In this document: positions 12,497-21,705 of the stretch, piece after piece
Layout of the letters: each line of letters begins with the position of its first letter
How positions within the stretch are numbered: the first letter of the stretch is position 1
Assembly: GCA_047947115.1 (NCBI GenBank)
Contig: CP170459.1
Coordinates: forward strand, 2,016,001 to 2,080,000
Direction: 5' to 3'
DNA length: 64,000 nt
Source of the DNA: Verrucomicrobiota bacterium
GTDB lineage: Bacteria > Verrucomicrobiota > Verrucomicrobiia > Limisphaerales > AAA164-E04
Made by a program: the position numbers and the translations under genes
The notes under the pieces: generated by a model
Told to the model about the DNA's origin: nothing
The model's input: only the letters and a program-made list of their open reading frames with translations
The model's database searches: none

Positions 12497-13159
12497 ATGA
12501 GCCATTCTGAACATAAAGCGGTGATCTTCGACATGGACGGCGTGTTGACCGATTCCGAACCCCTTATCAATGAAGCTTCCGTCCTGATGTTTCAGGAACT
12601 GGGCGTCAAAGTTCAACCCGAAGATTTCTACCCCTTTGTCGGGACGGGCGAAAAACAATACATCGGCGGTGTGGCGGAGAAATACGGTGCCACGATCGAT
12701 TTGTTCGAGGCAAAAAAGCGTACCTATGAAATTTATCTGAAACTGGCTCCACGCAAATTAAAAAGCTTTCCAGGCGCGATTGAATTGGTTCATCAATGTC
12801 GTGCGAAGGGATGGAAAGTAGCGCTCGCATCCAGTGCCGACATGATCAAGATCGAAGCAAACCTGACTCAAATCGGTTTACCGGTTGACGAATGGGATGC
12901 CATTACGGGTGCGGATCACGTTGAACACAAGAAGCCGGCCCCCGATATTTTCCTGGCATCAGCCAAACAGCTCGGGGTGAAGCCCGAATATTGTGCGGTG
13001 ATTGAGGATGCCGAACATGGTGTGCAAGCAGCCAAGGCGGCCGGTATGCGTTGTGTTGCCGTGATGCATACGTTTGCGGAAAATAAGTTGGGTCGCGCTG
13101 ATTTGATTAAATCTCACATCAAAGATATTGATCTTAGGGATCTTTTTGGGGACGAATGA
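12497..13159 (+). CDS. HAD-superfamily phosphatase (subfamily IA)
   Basis: IFDMDGVLTDSE, LASS, KKPAPDIF, IEDAEHGVQAAKAAGM. Confidence 0.92.
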   Translation: MSHSEHKAVIFDMDGVLTDSEPLINEASVLMFQELGVKVQPEDFYPFVGTGEKQYIGGVAEKYGATIDLFEAKKRTYEIYLKLAPRKLKSFPGAIELVHQCRAKGWKVALASSADMIKIEANLTQIGLPVDEWDAITGADHVEHKKPAPDIFLASAKQLGVKPEYCAVIEDAEHGVQAAKAAGMRCVAVMHTFAENKLGRADLIKSHIKDIDLRDLFGDE

Positions 13160-13417
13160 AGCGGTGGATTGAGGCGAGCGAGTGTGTAGATCAAACTGGG
13201 TGCACAACTGAAAAGGTGGCGCCCCGCTGCTTTGGGGCCGACGGCGCGTTGAGGTTTGCGAAAACCTGCCGTGTTGAAAGAATACGCCACCGGACGCGCA
13301 GCAGTGCATCTCTACCAAACTGCAGTCGGCATCCCGGCAATCTGAATCGCTCCCATTCACTCAAGCCTTCCCACACCTTTGCTTGTGTCCTGCCTCTGAT
13401 CCATCTATGATGCGCCC

Positions 13418-15568
13418 ATGAATTTCCTCGATTATCTGGTCCTGCTGGGCTACTTCGCCTTGATGATATGGATCGGCCGTGTGGCCATGCGGCGAGTCAA
13501 AGCCCAGGAAGATTACTTCATGGGGGGGCGCCAGTTTGGCAAATGGTTGCAGGCCTTCGCCGCATTCGGCGCAGGCACGGGATCCTCTGACCCGGTCAAT
13601 ACTGCCCGCACGAGTTTTACCAGCGGCATGAGCGGTATATGGAGCACGATGTCGTGGTTGTTCGTGACGCCCTTTTACTGGATCACAGGTGTGTGGTACC
13701 GGCGCATGCGTCATATGACGCTCGGAGACTGGTTTGTTGAGCGTTATGAATCCAAACCCATGGGTGCGGCTTACACTATCTTTGGTTTGTTGTTTTACAT
13801 GGTTTACGGCTCGATGCTTTTTTCCGCCATCGGCAAAGTGGCCGCCCCTTTGCTGGGAGATGCCATCGTAATTGGAGGGCAGTCTTATCAGTTGGAATAT
13901 GTGCTCGTTCCAGCCATTGCGGTCATTGTGATTGTTTACGGAGTGCTGGGGGGACTTACGGCTGCCTACTGGACGGACATGGTTCAGGGCATTTTTATCA
14001 TCTTGCTATCCATCATGCTGGTTCCATTTGGTCTGCATGCTTTGATTGAACGGTTTGGAGATCCTTCCACGGATGGTTTGATGACCGGGTTTCGCATCAT
14101 GCACGAGCAGTTGCCGGCTGGTATGTTTCAACTGGTGGGATCTGCCAATTCCAGCGAGTTTCCATTGTATCGCATCGTCGCGGTCACATTGATCTCCCTG
14201 ATCGGTATCGTGGTTCAACCACACTTCATCGCGACGGGTGGTGGTTCCGCCAAAACCGAGCTGAACGCCCGTGTGGGCCTTGTCGCAGGCAATCTTGCCA
14301 AACGTTTTTGTACGATTGGTTGGGCGATCACCGCCCTGATTGTTCTGGCGTTGTTTGCGGATAACGCGGAAGTCATGAGTGATCCCGACCGCGCCTGGGG
14401 AATCGCCTCGCGGGAACTGTTGGTGCCTGGTTTGAGGGGGTTGATGCTGGCTTGTCTGTTGGCGGCATTGATGAGTTCCGCCGACACCTACATGCTGGTC
14501 AGTTCCGCCTTGATAGTTCGCAATATTTACATTCCTTTCGTCAATAAAAATGCCTCGGAATCCGCCTGTCTGACCATCGGACGTGTTTCCGGCATGTTGG
14601 TTATCGTGGGGGCCGTGGTGGTTTCATTGAAGATGATGAATGTATTCCAACAGTTGCAACTCACCTGGGTGTTCCCGATCCTGTTCGCGGCTCCTTTCTG
14701 GATCGGCATGTATTGGCGTCGTGCCACCACTGGTGCAGCTTGGGTCACGATCGCGTTCTCCACCTTGTTTTTTTTCATCGTTCCCAAATTGATTCCGGTG
14801 TTGATGCCGGGCATGATGGAAAATGAGCGCTTTACCGCCGTTACCGACCAGGTCACCGTGCAAATCGAACGAACCGCCGCTCCCTCCGATATTCGCCGGC
14901 GAAACATGGAAATCCAGGAATACGACAAAGCCCTGGCGAATGCCGGGGATGACGCGAATCTGATCGAACAGCTTGGACCCAGACCGGCGGCCATCGAAGC
15001 AGGTCAGACCATGTTCGATACCCTGACTACCGGCGGCAAATCGATTTACTGGTCTGGTGGAGTTACACCTTTGGAAGGGGCCCGGTTGGAGGAAACGGAT
15101 CGCAGACAAGAAGGTTCCAAAACGATAGTTGTGCGGAATTACACCGGACCGATGAAAGGCAGCGGAGAATTTCGACTTGATTTCCTGGTCTATGATTTCC
15201 TGGGCCTGGATCTCAAACATCGGTCCGATTCCATGTTGGCCACGGTGGAATTGCCTACAAAGATCGTTCTGCCTTTTATTGTGATGATCGTCGCGAGTTT
15301 GATTTCGCCACGCAACTCAAAGGAGGCTTTGGATCGCTATTACAGCAAGATGAAAACGCCGGTGGAACCTGATCCTGAGAAAGACAAAGCCGCGCTGGAA
15401 AACATGTTGGCCGACACTGCAGGTCGTGAAGCCAGGAAACTCCTTCCCGGAAGTGATCTGGAATTCGAAAAACCCAAGTTGCTGGACATTTTGGGATTTG
15501 TGGGCACATTTGCCCTGTGCTTTCTGATCATCGGGTTGGCAATTTGGATGGCGGGTCTCGGTGGTTGA
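13418..15568 (+). CDS. Sodium:solute symporter family protein
   Basis: EDYFMGGR, GGLTAAYWTD, GLRGLMLACLLAALMSS; many TM helices; large hydrophilic insertion near the C-terminus. Confidence 0.92.
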   Translation: MNFLDYLVLLGYFALMIWIGRVAMRRVKAQEDYFMGGRQFGKWLQAFAAFGAGTGSSDPVNTARTSFTSGMSGIWSTMSWLFVTPFYWITGVWYRRMRHMTLGDWFVERYESKPMGAAYTIFGLLFYMVYGSMLFSAIGKVAAPLLGDAIVIGGQSYQLEYVLVPAIAVIVIVYGVLGGLTAAYWTDMVQGIFIILLSIMLVPFGLHALIERFGDPSTDGLMTGFRIMHEQLPAGMFQLVGSANSSEFPLYRIVAVTLISLIGIVVQPHFIATGGGSAKTELNARVGLVAGNLAKRFCTIGWAITALIVLALFADNAEVMSDPDRAWGIASRELLVPGLRGLMLACLLAALMSSADTYMLVSSALIVRNIYIPFVNKNASESACLTIGRVSGMLVIVGAVVVSLKMMNVFQQLQLTWVFPILFAAPFWIGMYWRRATTGAAWVTIAFSTLFFFIVPKLIPVLMPGMMENERFTAVTDQVTVQIERTAAPSDIRRRNMEIQEYDKALANAGDDANLIEQLGPRPAAIEAGQTMFDTLTTGGKSIYWSGGVTPLEGARLEETDRRQEGSKTIVVRNYTGPMKGSGEFRLDFLVYDFLGLDLKHRSDSMLATVELPTKIVLPFIVMIVASLISPRNSKEALDRYYSKMKTPVEPDPEKDKAALENMLADTAGREARKLLPGSDLEFEKPKLLDILGFVGTFALCFLIIGLAIWMAGLGG

Positions 15569-15627
15569 TCAGGGTTTGGCAAAGTTTCAAAGGAAAAACC
15601 AGGGCACAGGCAGGTCCGGTCTTGATT

Positions 15628-16140
15628 ATGAATACAACTAACAATTTTAAGAATTGGTTGGCGGTTGCTATGACAACTTTGAGTGTCGCAACCTGGATCC
15701 TCGCGACAGGATGCGGGGGTGTTTATTCCTCCATCGAAGAAGATGTTCATTCCGATGCGCTGGTTGTGGTTCATGATAATAATTTTGCAGCCAAAGTTCT
15801 TGAATCCGATCAACCCGTCATGGTTGATTTCTGGGCTACCTGGTGTGGTCCCTGCCGTCAAATGGCACCTCTGATATCCCAACTTGCAGATGAATATGAA
15901 GGACGGGCTGTTGTAGCCAAATTGGATGTCGACCGAAGCGCGGTCATTCCGAAACAATACGGCATCATGGCCATCCCGACATTCATCGTGTTCCATCGAG
16001 GCAAAGAAGTGGCTCGTTATGAGGGGATGACTTCTTATAAGGGGCTCAGCTCCATGCTTGAAAAACCGATGGGTTCCGAACCTCAGACACCAGAACCCGG
16101 ACCGGTTCCCGAAACGCCTTCTGCTGAAGAAGCCCTGTGA
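15628..16140 (+). CDS. Thioredoxin with N-terminal lipoprotein-like signal
   Basis: VDFWATWCGPCR, YGIMAIPT; N-terminal hydrophobic stretch ending LATG-C. Confidence 0.88.
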   Translation: MNTTNNFKNWLAVAMTTLSVATWILATGCGGVYSSIEEDVHSDALVVVHDNNFAAKVLESDQPVMVDFWATWCGPCRQMAPLISQLADEYEGRAVVAKLDVDRSAVIPKQYGIMAIPTFIVFHRGKEVARYEGMTSYKGLSSMLEKPMGSEPQTPEPGPVPETPSAEEAL

Positions 16141-16982
16141 CCGCTGAATCCGCACACACACCTCCGGCGCCTTCTGTCATCGGCCTGATAGCGGGTGGCC
16201 TGTCGTTGCCCATTGAGTTGGTGAAATTATTGCGTGCCGCCGGTTCGTCAAACATCGTGGTGGTGGCTTTTGACGGGGAAACCGATCAGGTGATAGAGTC
16301 ACTGGCGGATGAGATCGCCTGGATCAAGGTGGGTCAGCTCACCAAAATGATCCGCTTTTTCAAACAGCATGGCGTCACACAATGCTTCATGGCGGGCCGC
16401 ATCGCTCCGAAGAACCTGTTTGATGTGCGTCCCGATTTACGGGCTGCTTCACTCCTGTTTCGACTCAAAGAAAAGAACGCACATACCATCTTTGGCGGCA
16501 TTGGAGATGAATTGAAAAAAGATGGCATCGAACTGATTGAAGCTGTCCCCTGGCTCAAACCTTTGATGCCGGTTGAGGGTTTTTCAATCGGCAAGCAGAT
16601 GAAACCCACCCAACACGATGATGTCGCGTATGGATTTCGAATTGCCAAAGAAGTCAGTCGACTGGAAATCGGGCAAAGTATTGTTGTCAAAGACGGCACC
16701 GTGTTGGCGGTTGAGGGATTCGAAGGAACCGATGCTTGTCTGAAACGGGGAGGCCAACTTGCGGGCAAAAAGGGGGGAGCCATTGGCATCAAGGTTGCCA
16801 AACCCGGCCACGATATGCGATTTGATATTCCATGTATCGGGTTGCAGACCATCGAAAACTGTATACAACATCAGTTCCGAGCCCTTGCCTTCGAAGCCGG
16901 TAGCATCATCCTGCTCGAAAGAGAAGCCATCGAGCGCCGCATCAAAGGAGAATCCTTCACCCTCCTATCCACACAAGATTGA
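16137..16982 (+). CDS. lpxI: UDP-2,3-diacylglucosamine diphosphatase, LpxI family
   Basis: IGLIAGG..LP, EIGQSIVVKDG.VLAVEGFEGTD, KVAKPGHDMRFDIPCIG. Confidence 0.9.
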   Translation: MTAESAHTPPAPSVIGLIAGGLSLPIELVKLLRAAGSSNIVVVAFDGETDQVIESLADEIAWIKVGQLTKMIRFFKQHGVTQCFMAGRIAPKNLFDVRPDLRAASLLFRLKEKNAHTIFGGIGDELKKDGIELIEAVPWLKPLMPVEGFSIGKQMKPTQHDDVAYGFRIAKEVSRLEIGQSIVVKDGTVLAVEGFEGTDACLKRGGQLAGKKGGAIGIKVAKPGHDMRFDIPCIGLQTIENCIQHQFRALAFEAGSIILLEREAIERRIKGESFTLLSTQD

Positions 16983-17136
16983 CAAACAGGCAGAACGTGG
17001 CATCCCGCCGCGTCCTCATGGCGATCGATCCCCCAAAAAAACTTTCGGCGGCAATCCCCAAACCTCCCCCTGTAGAAGGCATGAACACTTTTGGGAAATC
17101 AAAAAATGCCCATAGCCAGATCTCTTCCACAAGGGA

Positions 17137-17994
17137 TCAGCGGAGTCGATAAAAGCGTTTGGGCCGGGTGATTTTCTCTTGGTGATATCCGGGTTCTTCG
17201 GTTGGTAGAGTCGTCCATGGACCGGACAGGTTTTCGGATGTTTCCAGCATGCGTCCAGGTTCCCACTTCAGGCGCAACATGCCCTTTTCAATTTCGTAGC
17301 TTGAGAATTGTTGGTTTGCGGCATGGTCTTGTGCCCATTGATCCAACATCGGTGTCAGGGTAACACGCCACAGCCTGTAGCCACCCGAGTTCATGTGCAA
17401 CCTGTCGCTCAGAAAGAGCTGTGGGTAGGGTTGCCCCGCTTCGTCCACCATCGGAGTATAGATGTCGAAATAATATCCCCCATTGACTTCCGCCAATTCC
17501 GAAAGGCATTGGTTCAGTTGCTTCATTTCTTCAAGCAGATGGCGGCGGGCAGGACTCGGTTTGACCGACATGAATGCAAAAGAACTTCCTGGGAGTTGGG
17601 ATTTCATCCGTTGGATGAAGGTTGCATAATCCGCCGAAACTTCCTCAACCGTGCGCCCACCCGCCAGATCATTATCCCCTTCATACACCACCACCAGGGA
17701 AGGCTTATAAGGAACCACCAGTCGATCGAAATAGTGAAGCAGGTCGGGCATGGTCGATCCCCTGAACCCTCGGTTGAGCACGGGAAAGTTGGGGAATGAA
17801 GATGTCAAATTGCTCCACAGTCGAATACTGGATGAACCGACAAATAGAACCGAATGATCAGCGGCCACGCTCGTGTGATCTGATTGCTCAAATGCTTTGA
17901 TGTCACTCTCAAATCGCGTCGGATCCTGTCCCATCAGTGAGGACAAACTGAGGAAGATGCGGGTCATGATCAGAATTAAAATGGGGCGCTGCAT
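17137..17994 (-). CDS. Secreted SGNH/GDSL hydrolase with terminal RFYRL module
   Basis: FVGSSSIRLW, NRGF.GS, YEGDND, SDRLHMN..GY (catalytic DxxH). Confidence 0.9.
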   Translation of the reverse strand: MQRPILILIMTRIFLSLSSLMGQDPTRFESDIKAFEQSDHTSVAADHSVLFVGSSSIRLWSNLTSSFPNFPVLNRGFRGSTMPDLLHYFDRLVVPYKPSLVVVYEGDNDLAGGRTVEEVSADYATFIQRMKSQLPGSSFAFMSVKPSPARRHLLEEMKQLNQCLSELAEVNGGYYFDIYTPMVDEAGQPYPQLFLSDRLHMNSGGYRLWRVTLTPMLDQWAQDHAANQQFSSYEIEKGMLRLKWEPGRMLETSENLSGPWTTLPTEEPGYHQEKITRPKRFYRLR

Positions 17995-18001
17995 GGTGGG
18001 G

Positions 18002-18038
18002 AAAAGAAAGGGCGCCGATCCATGGGATCAGCGCCCTT
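18002..18038 (-). terminator. Rho-independent terminator candidate
   Basis: On the minus strand AAGGGCGCTGATCC-cat-GGATCGGCGCCCTT followed by TCTTTT, just downstream of the 18055-20679 gene. Confidence 0.65.
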
Positions 18039-18054
18039 GACTGGTAATATGGAA

Positions 18055-20679
18055 TTATCGAATCACCCTGAAGAATCGGGCGGGCTGATCTGCCGTTAGT
18101 TGAACTTCACCCGAATCGCTGTTCAATGTGATTGTCTGGGCATCGGTCCATTCCATGAAATCTTCGGTTGATTGGATGGTATAGGTTTGTCCTGACTTTC
18201 CATGAACCGTAAATTTCAGGTTGCCGCCATCGCTGCTTACGCTGCTGATGGAAACTTCTTCCACGCCAGGAAGCCCTCCTTCCCAGTCTATTTGAAGAGC
18301 GCCCAGATAGGTGAAATGATTGCCGTTGTCGTTGTTGGGCCCGGGAGCGATATTGATGGTGATGGTGCCGTCTGAAGCCGGTTTCATGTTTTCGGCAATC
18401 GCTGTGCTATCAATATTACCTGCGACGTTCAGGTAAGTGATTGATTCGTTGCTTCCCGTGACCTTGTATTCGGTTTCCCGATTGTCGGTGGCGTTGCGTG
18501 ATCCATAAAAGGTCAGTGTGTAAGCGGTCGCAGGGTCGAGTCCTGTCAGTTGAAAACTGGGAAACACATCCACCAGTCCACTCCATTCCTCACTGTTTCC
18601 AAAAAGTGAATCCTGAGTGACGGTTGTGGGGTAGGGGGCCGCTTCAGTGGTTCCCGCCTGATTGACGCCGTTGAAACGTGCGAGCATTTGAATGCCGAAG
18701 CCTGTGTTCACGCCATTTACCGCAAGCAATCCGCTCAGCATCCCATTGTCCGTTTGGCCCACCGAGCCTTGGAAGTTGTTCCAGATATTCCCGTCAGCGT
18801 CTGCCACGGTTGCAAAGTCCGTGCCTCCCGCATCGATGAGAATCTGAGGTTTGAAGCTGGGCTGCCAATCGACGCGCATCGCGCCAAGGTATGTGAAGTG
18901 GTTGCCGTTGGTATTGTTGGGGCCGGGGCCCATTTCAATCAGGATTTCTTTGTTGGCGTCCGGGCGGATGTTTGAAACGGTGACGGTGCCGTCTGCATTG
19001 GAGGCTACGTTCAGATCTCCGGTTTTTGAATTGTTACCGGTAACGGTGTACCTTGTTTCACGGTTGTCGCCTGCTTCTCTGGAACCGAAAAAGGTGAAAT
19101 CATAGGCATTGTCAGCATCCAATCCGGTTAATTTGAAAGCGGGAAACACGTTTTCCTGTCCGCCGAATGGTTCGGTGTTGCCAAATAAAGAATCAGCGGT
19201 GGCTGATGCGGGGAACAGGGTGGAGGTTTGCAGTCCGGCTCGATTGACCCCGTTGAATCGTGAGACCATTTCAAGGCCGATATTAGTGCGGATGAATTCG
19301 GTTGAGATCAGACGTTCCATCTTGCCGTCGTTGGTGAGTCCGATCGATTCTTCGACATTGTTCCAACTTTCGGGTTCGGTTTGAACATCGATTTCCGTGG
19401 TGGTGCCGCCACCAAAATCAAAAAGATAGGTCAGGTTTTCACTCGGTGATTCGATCTTCAGAACCCCCAGATAAATGAAGTGATTCGCGTTGTTGTTGTT
19501 TGAGCCGGGCGTCATGTCCACCTGGATTTCCCCGAGGGAATTGGGCTGGATGCCGGCTGCGGTAACTGTTTCCGCAATGTTGTCGGCGACATTCAACGCC
19601 ACTTCTGCTGTGGAGGCTCCCGTCAGGGTGTAAAGCGTTTCGCGATTGTCTCCCGCCAGTCGGGATGCGTAAAAAGTGATGTCGTAACTTTTGGCGTCAT
19701 CCAATCCGCCAATGATGAAACTCGGAAGTATGTCCTCCAACCCGCTGAACACTTCCACATTTCCAAAAAGCGAATCAGAAGTCGCTGTCGCCGGAAAAAT
19801 GCCCGAGTCTGAAGTCCCAGATTGGTTGACTCCGTTGAATCGTGACAACATTTCTATGTACATGTTTGAAGAGTTGCCTTTTGTGGATACGACACCTTCG
19901 AAAATACCGTCATCGGTCTGTCCGACAGTGCCTGTGAAATTGTTCCACTGGATGGATTCTCCATCGGCGACCACCGTGGTTGTGGCGTCGTTGGCTCCAA
20001 AATCGATGAGAGCTGCCCAGCCGGCGGATGATTCGATCCCGAGAACACCAAGGTAGATGGTGTCGTTCCCGGCCGCATGGTTGCTGCCTTTGGTGAGGGT
20101 GATGAGGATCTCACCGAATCCATCCAAACCAATGCCCTCTGCTTGAACAGTGTTGTTGACGTTGCCTGAAGGATTCAGGGACACGGTCTGTGTGGTTGCC
20201 CCGGCCACGCGATATTGGGTTTCCCGGTTGTCTGTCGCTGTTGTGTCGGAGGCGTAGAAAGTCAGTGTATAGGTATCGCTGGAACCTTCGGTCCCGATAA
20301 TTGCCAGCGACGCTCCGCCCGAGTTGCGAATGAGTGAATCCGAACTGGCGGACGCGGGAAAGGTCGATGAACCGGTTGTTCCATCTGTATTGGGGGCGGC
20401 TTCAAAGAGCTGGTCAATCAGCAGGGCAATCCCTGTGTCGTTTCCCTCGGTGTCTGAAATAGGAATGTTGTCGAAGAAGCTGGAACCCGTGTCAGCATCG
20501 ACATTGTTCCAGAAGACCGGAGGTCGGGCGGTCTGATTGTCTCCTCCACCAAAGTCAAACAAGAGGGATTGAGTCTGGGCGAATGTTTGGATGTTCGCCT
20601 GCGTACAAAAGCAACTGATGATCACGGCATATAAAAGCCGACTTAGATGGTAATCATTGATATTCATTGTGTCTTTCAT
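18055..20679 (-). CDS. Secreted protein with four tandem ~185-aa beta-rich repeats and terminal RFFRV module; function unknown
   Basis: Signal peptide; repeats of DFGG...WNN...DSL...Y..TFY.SR..DNRET.Y...LNVA.N...NHF.YLG.L.I. Confidence 0.85.
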   Translation of the reverse strand: MKDTMNINDYHLSRLLYAVIISCFCTQANIQTFAQTQSLLFDFGGGDNQTARPPVFWNNVDADTGSSFFDNIPISDTEGNDTGIALLIDQLFEAAPNTDGTTGSSTFPASASSDSLIRNSGGASLAIIGTEGSSDTYTLTFYASDTTATDNRETQYRVAGATTQTVSLNPSGNVNNTVQAEGIGLDGFGEILITLTKGSNHAAGNDTIYLGVLGIESSAGWAALIDFGANDATTTVVADGESIQWNNFTGTVGQTDDGIFEGVVSTKGNSSNMYIEMLSRFNGVNQSGTSDSGIFPATATSDSLFGNVEVFSGLEDILPSFIIGGLDDAKSYDITFYASRLAGDNRETLYTLTGASTAEVALNVADNIAETVTAAGIQPNSLGEIQVDMTPGSNNNNANHFIYLGVLKIESPSENLTYLFDFGGGTTTEIDVQTEPESWNNVEESIGLTNDGKMERLISTEFIRTNIGLEMVSRFNGVNRAGLQTSTLFPASATADSLFGNTEPFGGQENVFPAFKLTGLDADNAYDFTFFGSREAGDNRETRYTVTGNNSKTGDLNVASNADGTVTVSNIRPDANKEILIEMGPGPNNTNGNHFTYLGAMRVDWQPSFKPQILIDAGGTDFATVADADGNIWNNFQGSVGQTDNGMLSGLLAVNGVNTGFGIQMLARFNGVNQAGTTEAAPYPTTVTQDSLFGNSEEWSGLVDVFPSFQLTGLDPATAYTLTFYGSRNATDNRETEYKVTGSNESITYLNVAGNIDSTAIAENMKPASDGTITINIAPGPNNDNGNHFTYLGALQIDWEGGLPGVEEVSISSVSSDGGNLKFTVHGKSGQTYTIQSTEDFMEWTDAQTITLNSDSGEVQLTADQPARFFRVIR

Positions 20680-20697
20680 GGCTGACTAAAAAGCTGC

Positions 20698-20714
20698 GGA
20701 TTGTCATACAATCC
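20698..20714. promoter_or_regulatory. Palindromic operator candidate (GntR/FadR-like TTGT-N3-ACAA)
   Basis: GGATTGT-CAT-ACAATCC, perfect 7-bp arms, 18 bp upstream of the 20679 start codon. Confidence 0.5.
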
Positions 20715-20869
20715 AACCCTTGGAATATAGGTGAATCGTGCTCGACCATGCAAGAAGGTAGAAGGTGGCGTCCTCTTTGAATAGTGAATTCAAAATGGTG
20801 AATAGTAAATTATCTGGCAAGGGTGCCCGGTGAGAATGTGCCCTCCCGGCGCGTGCCTTGTGGTTTGCT

Positions 20870-20993
20870 TATAACGTTTGCCAGAAGTAATTTCAGAAAA
20901 AACTCTGTGCCACTGCGTCCCCTAGCGCAGCGGGCGTGAGAATAAGAAGCAACAGCGAGCCGTTATGCGCACATACTTTTGGCAATCAGTATA
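20870..20993. mobile_element. MITE-like dispersed repeat, copy 2 (124 bp)
   Basis: TATAACGTTTGCCAGAAGTA...TACTTTTGGCAATCAGTATA; aligns end to end with 2739-2861. Confidence 0.8.
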
Positions 20994-21122
20994 GTTCCAA
21001 TTGCCTTTCAAAGGAAAACCCCTGGGCATCGGCTTCCCCCGCATCCCTATCGATTGGCACTACCTGAGGTTGCCGTAGGGTAAATGTGGCGTCCTGCCAC
21101 GCCCCAGAGGGAAGGGGGAGAA

Positions 21123-21542
21123 TCAAATATAATACATTTCCCGGGTTTGATTGTCCTCTTCGAGGATTTGCTGGAAATTGACCGATTCAGCTTTTTGATC
21201 CAGCGTGGTTTGCATATCAGACCAGACTTTTCGAAGTGCCTGAGGACATTCCTTGCTTTGAAGGGCTGCGGGTTCGAAGACCGCTCCATGGATGCACCGC
21301 AAAATCTCGGCCAAGGTTATTTCCTCAGGGGCTTTATTCAGCATGTAACCGCCCTCTTTGCCTCGAATACTTTTTACGATTCTTTGACCCTTCAGTTCGA
21401 TGAGAATCTGTACAAGATAGTTCTGAGGAATGCTTTGCTCCTTTGCCAGATCTTCAACTCGAACGGATTTTCCTGACGGATACTGGCGGGCCAACCCCAG
21501 TACCGCCCGTGCCGCATAATCGCTTTTGACGGATAACTTCAC
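21123..21542 (-). CDS. Rrf2 family transcriptional regulator (CymR-like)
   Basis: KSDYAARAVL.LA, YLVQIL..LK...IVKSIRGKEGGY.L.KAPEEITL; lacks the three-Cys IscR ligand set. Confidence 0.92.
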   Translation of the reverse strand: MKLSVKSDYAARAVLGLARQYPSGKSVRVEDLAKEQSIPQNYLVQILIELKGQRIVKSIRGKEGGYMLNKAPEEITLAEILRCIHGAVFEPAALQSKECPQALRKVWSDMQTTLDQKAESVNFQQILEEDNQTREMYYI

Positions 21543-21705
21543 TTTGGCACATCATGCCTCAACCCCTCCAGGAGGGCAATCATTGAGTCTTTGTTTTCTG
21601 GTTTGACATAAGCTGGTTCGAGAAAATCCGGAATGGCAGGTCGGGGTGGTTTGCCACTGCAGTGTGGTGTTTGACCTCGAACGCTATTGTGGTTACGGTT
21701 TCCAG

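Noticed and set aside
21123..21542. IscR/NsrR Fe-S sensor
   Set aside because: The three-Cys cluster-binding pattern is absent and no isc/suf genes are adjacent.
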